7,530 bases of DNA. Source: Candidatus Vampirococcus lugosii. Its GTDB lineage: Bacteria > Patescibacteriota > Gracilibacteria > Absconditabacterales > Absconditicoccaceae. The position numbers and the translations under genes are program-made. Of this stretch, positions 7,170 through 7,530 are shown in pieces (the stretch's first letter is position 1; every line of letters starts with the position of its first letter). The stretch spans positions 1 through 7,530 of the forward strand of contig NZ_JAEDAM010000078.1 of assembly GCF_018420025.1 (NCBI RefSeq), read 5' to 3'. The notes beneath the pieces are model-generated. The model ran no database searches and had not been told where the DNA came from. It saw only the letters and a list, made by a program, of their open reading frames with translations.

Positions 7170-7287
7170 AAATACCTCCTTTTTTTTATAAAGAATTAAT
7201 GTTACAATAATTACAACCATTGCAACTACTGTAATATTCTTATAAAGATCTTTTTTCAAAAATCAACACTTTTTGGCTCTATTGTGC

Positions 7288-7530
7288 CAGCAAAGTTAAA
7301 TTGTCAGTACTAGGCACAAATAGAAATGTCAATATAATAATATTGTTTTATTTTTTAAAAAACAATATTATGAATTTACTTTATACTGACAAACAAATGA
7401 ACAAAGTCCGTATTATCCAAAAACTTATCGATAATAAGATAAACATCAAAGATGTTTGTGATGCTTTAAGTTGTTCTGAAAGAACTGTTTATAGATATAA
7501 ATCTACTCTTATCAATGAATGACCTCCTGG
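7288..7530 (+). mobile_element. Left (5') part of a third IS copy, truncated by the window end
   Basis: Identical to 3326..3568 (IRL plus the transposase N-terminus). Confidence 0.7.
7370..7530 (+). CDS. Transposase N-terminal (HTH) fragment; 3' end outside window
   Basis: Identical to 3408..3568: MNLLYTDKQMNKVRIIQKLIDNKINIKDVCDALSCSERTVYRYKSTLINEGPP... Confidence 0.85.

Larger units (their letters stand above)
1..7530. repeat. Direct repeat of a 3,962-bp unit (IS + RiPP cargo), 1.9 copies; 1..3568 matches 3963..7530
   Basis: Every entry in the ORF track recurs at +3962 with an identical protein (e.g. 252->4214, 3070->7032). My line-by-line spot checks at about 10 places, including homopolymer runs, found no mismatch. 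Confidence 0.95.

Noticed and set aside
1-7530. TGA read as Trp (table 4, Mycoplasma/Spiroplasma-like), suggested by the low GC content
   Set aside because: It would give WWEPL instead of GGEPL, CTWWC in the SPASM motif, QIDWS, and WFWP instead of GFGP. Trp at conserved positions is already encoded by TGG.
1-7530. Small plasmid or phage-like replicon of 3,962 bp
   Set aside because: No replication initiator, partition, mobilisation or structural genes are present. The entire coding capacity is accounted for by the IS and the three cargo genes. A circular form, if real, is more likely a non-replicative transposition or recombination intermediate.
1-7530. CRISPR array, tRNA, rRNA or other structured RNA genes
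   Set aside because: No short regularly spaced repeats and no GC-rich cloverleaf-like segments were seen. The only periodicities are the 3,962-bp unit and the 9-bp codon repeat inside the precursor core.

Overview
This AT-rich 7,530-bp window holds 1.9 copies of one 3,962-bp unit. Positions 1..3568 match 3963..7530 at every place I compared. The standard-code ORF track is misleading. Long genes appear only when TGA is read as glycine (translation table 25, Gracilibacteria/Absconditabacteria-type CPR bacteria). The decisive evidence is that invariant glycines in well-known motifs are TGA codons: GGEPL and CTGGC in a radical SAM/SPASM enzyme, and QIDGS and GFGP in a transposase. Each unit has two parts. 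(1) A ~1.29-kb insertion sequence (3326..4612) has ~45-bp imperfect terminal inverted repeats. Its HTH + rve/DDE transposase is split by a +1 frameshift at 3855. (2) A 2.68-kb minus-strand cargo reads as a compact three-gene RiPP cassette. It starts with a 45-aa precursor behind a strong Shine-Dalgarno site, with a core that is a run of Cys-Asp repeats (SCDSCDYCDNCDLCDACDCDNTPCDS). An 11-bp hairpin follows, then a 460-aa radical SAM/SPASM maturase with a C-terminal PqqD-like recognition domain, then a 292-aa HExxH protein (candidate leader peptidase). The window ends inside IS copies on both sides. The region is therefore either an IS-mediated tandem amplification of the cassette or a 3,962-bp circular IS+cargo molecule (or a wrapped circular contig). 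No rRNA, tRNA or CRISPR array was seen.
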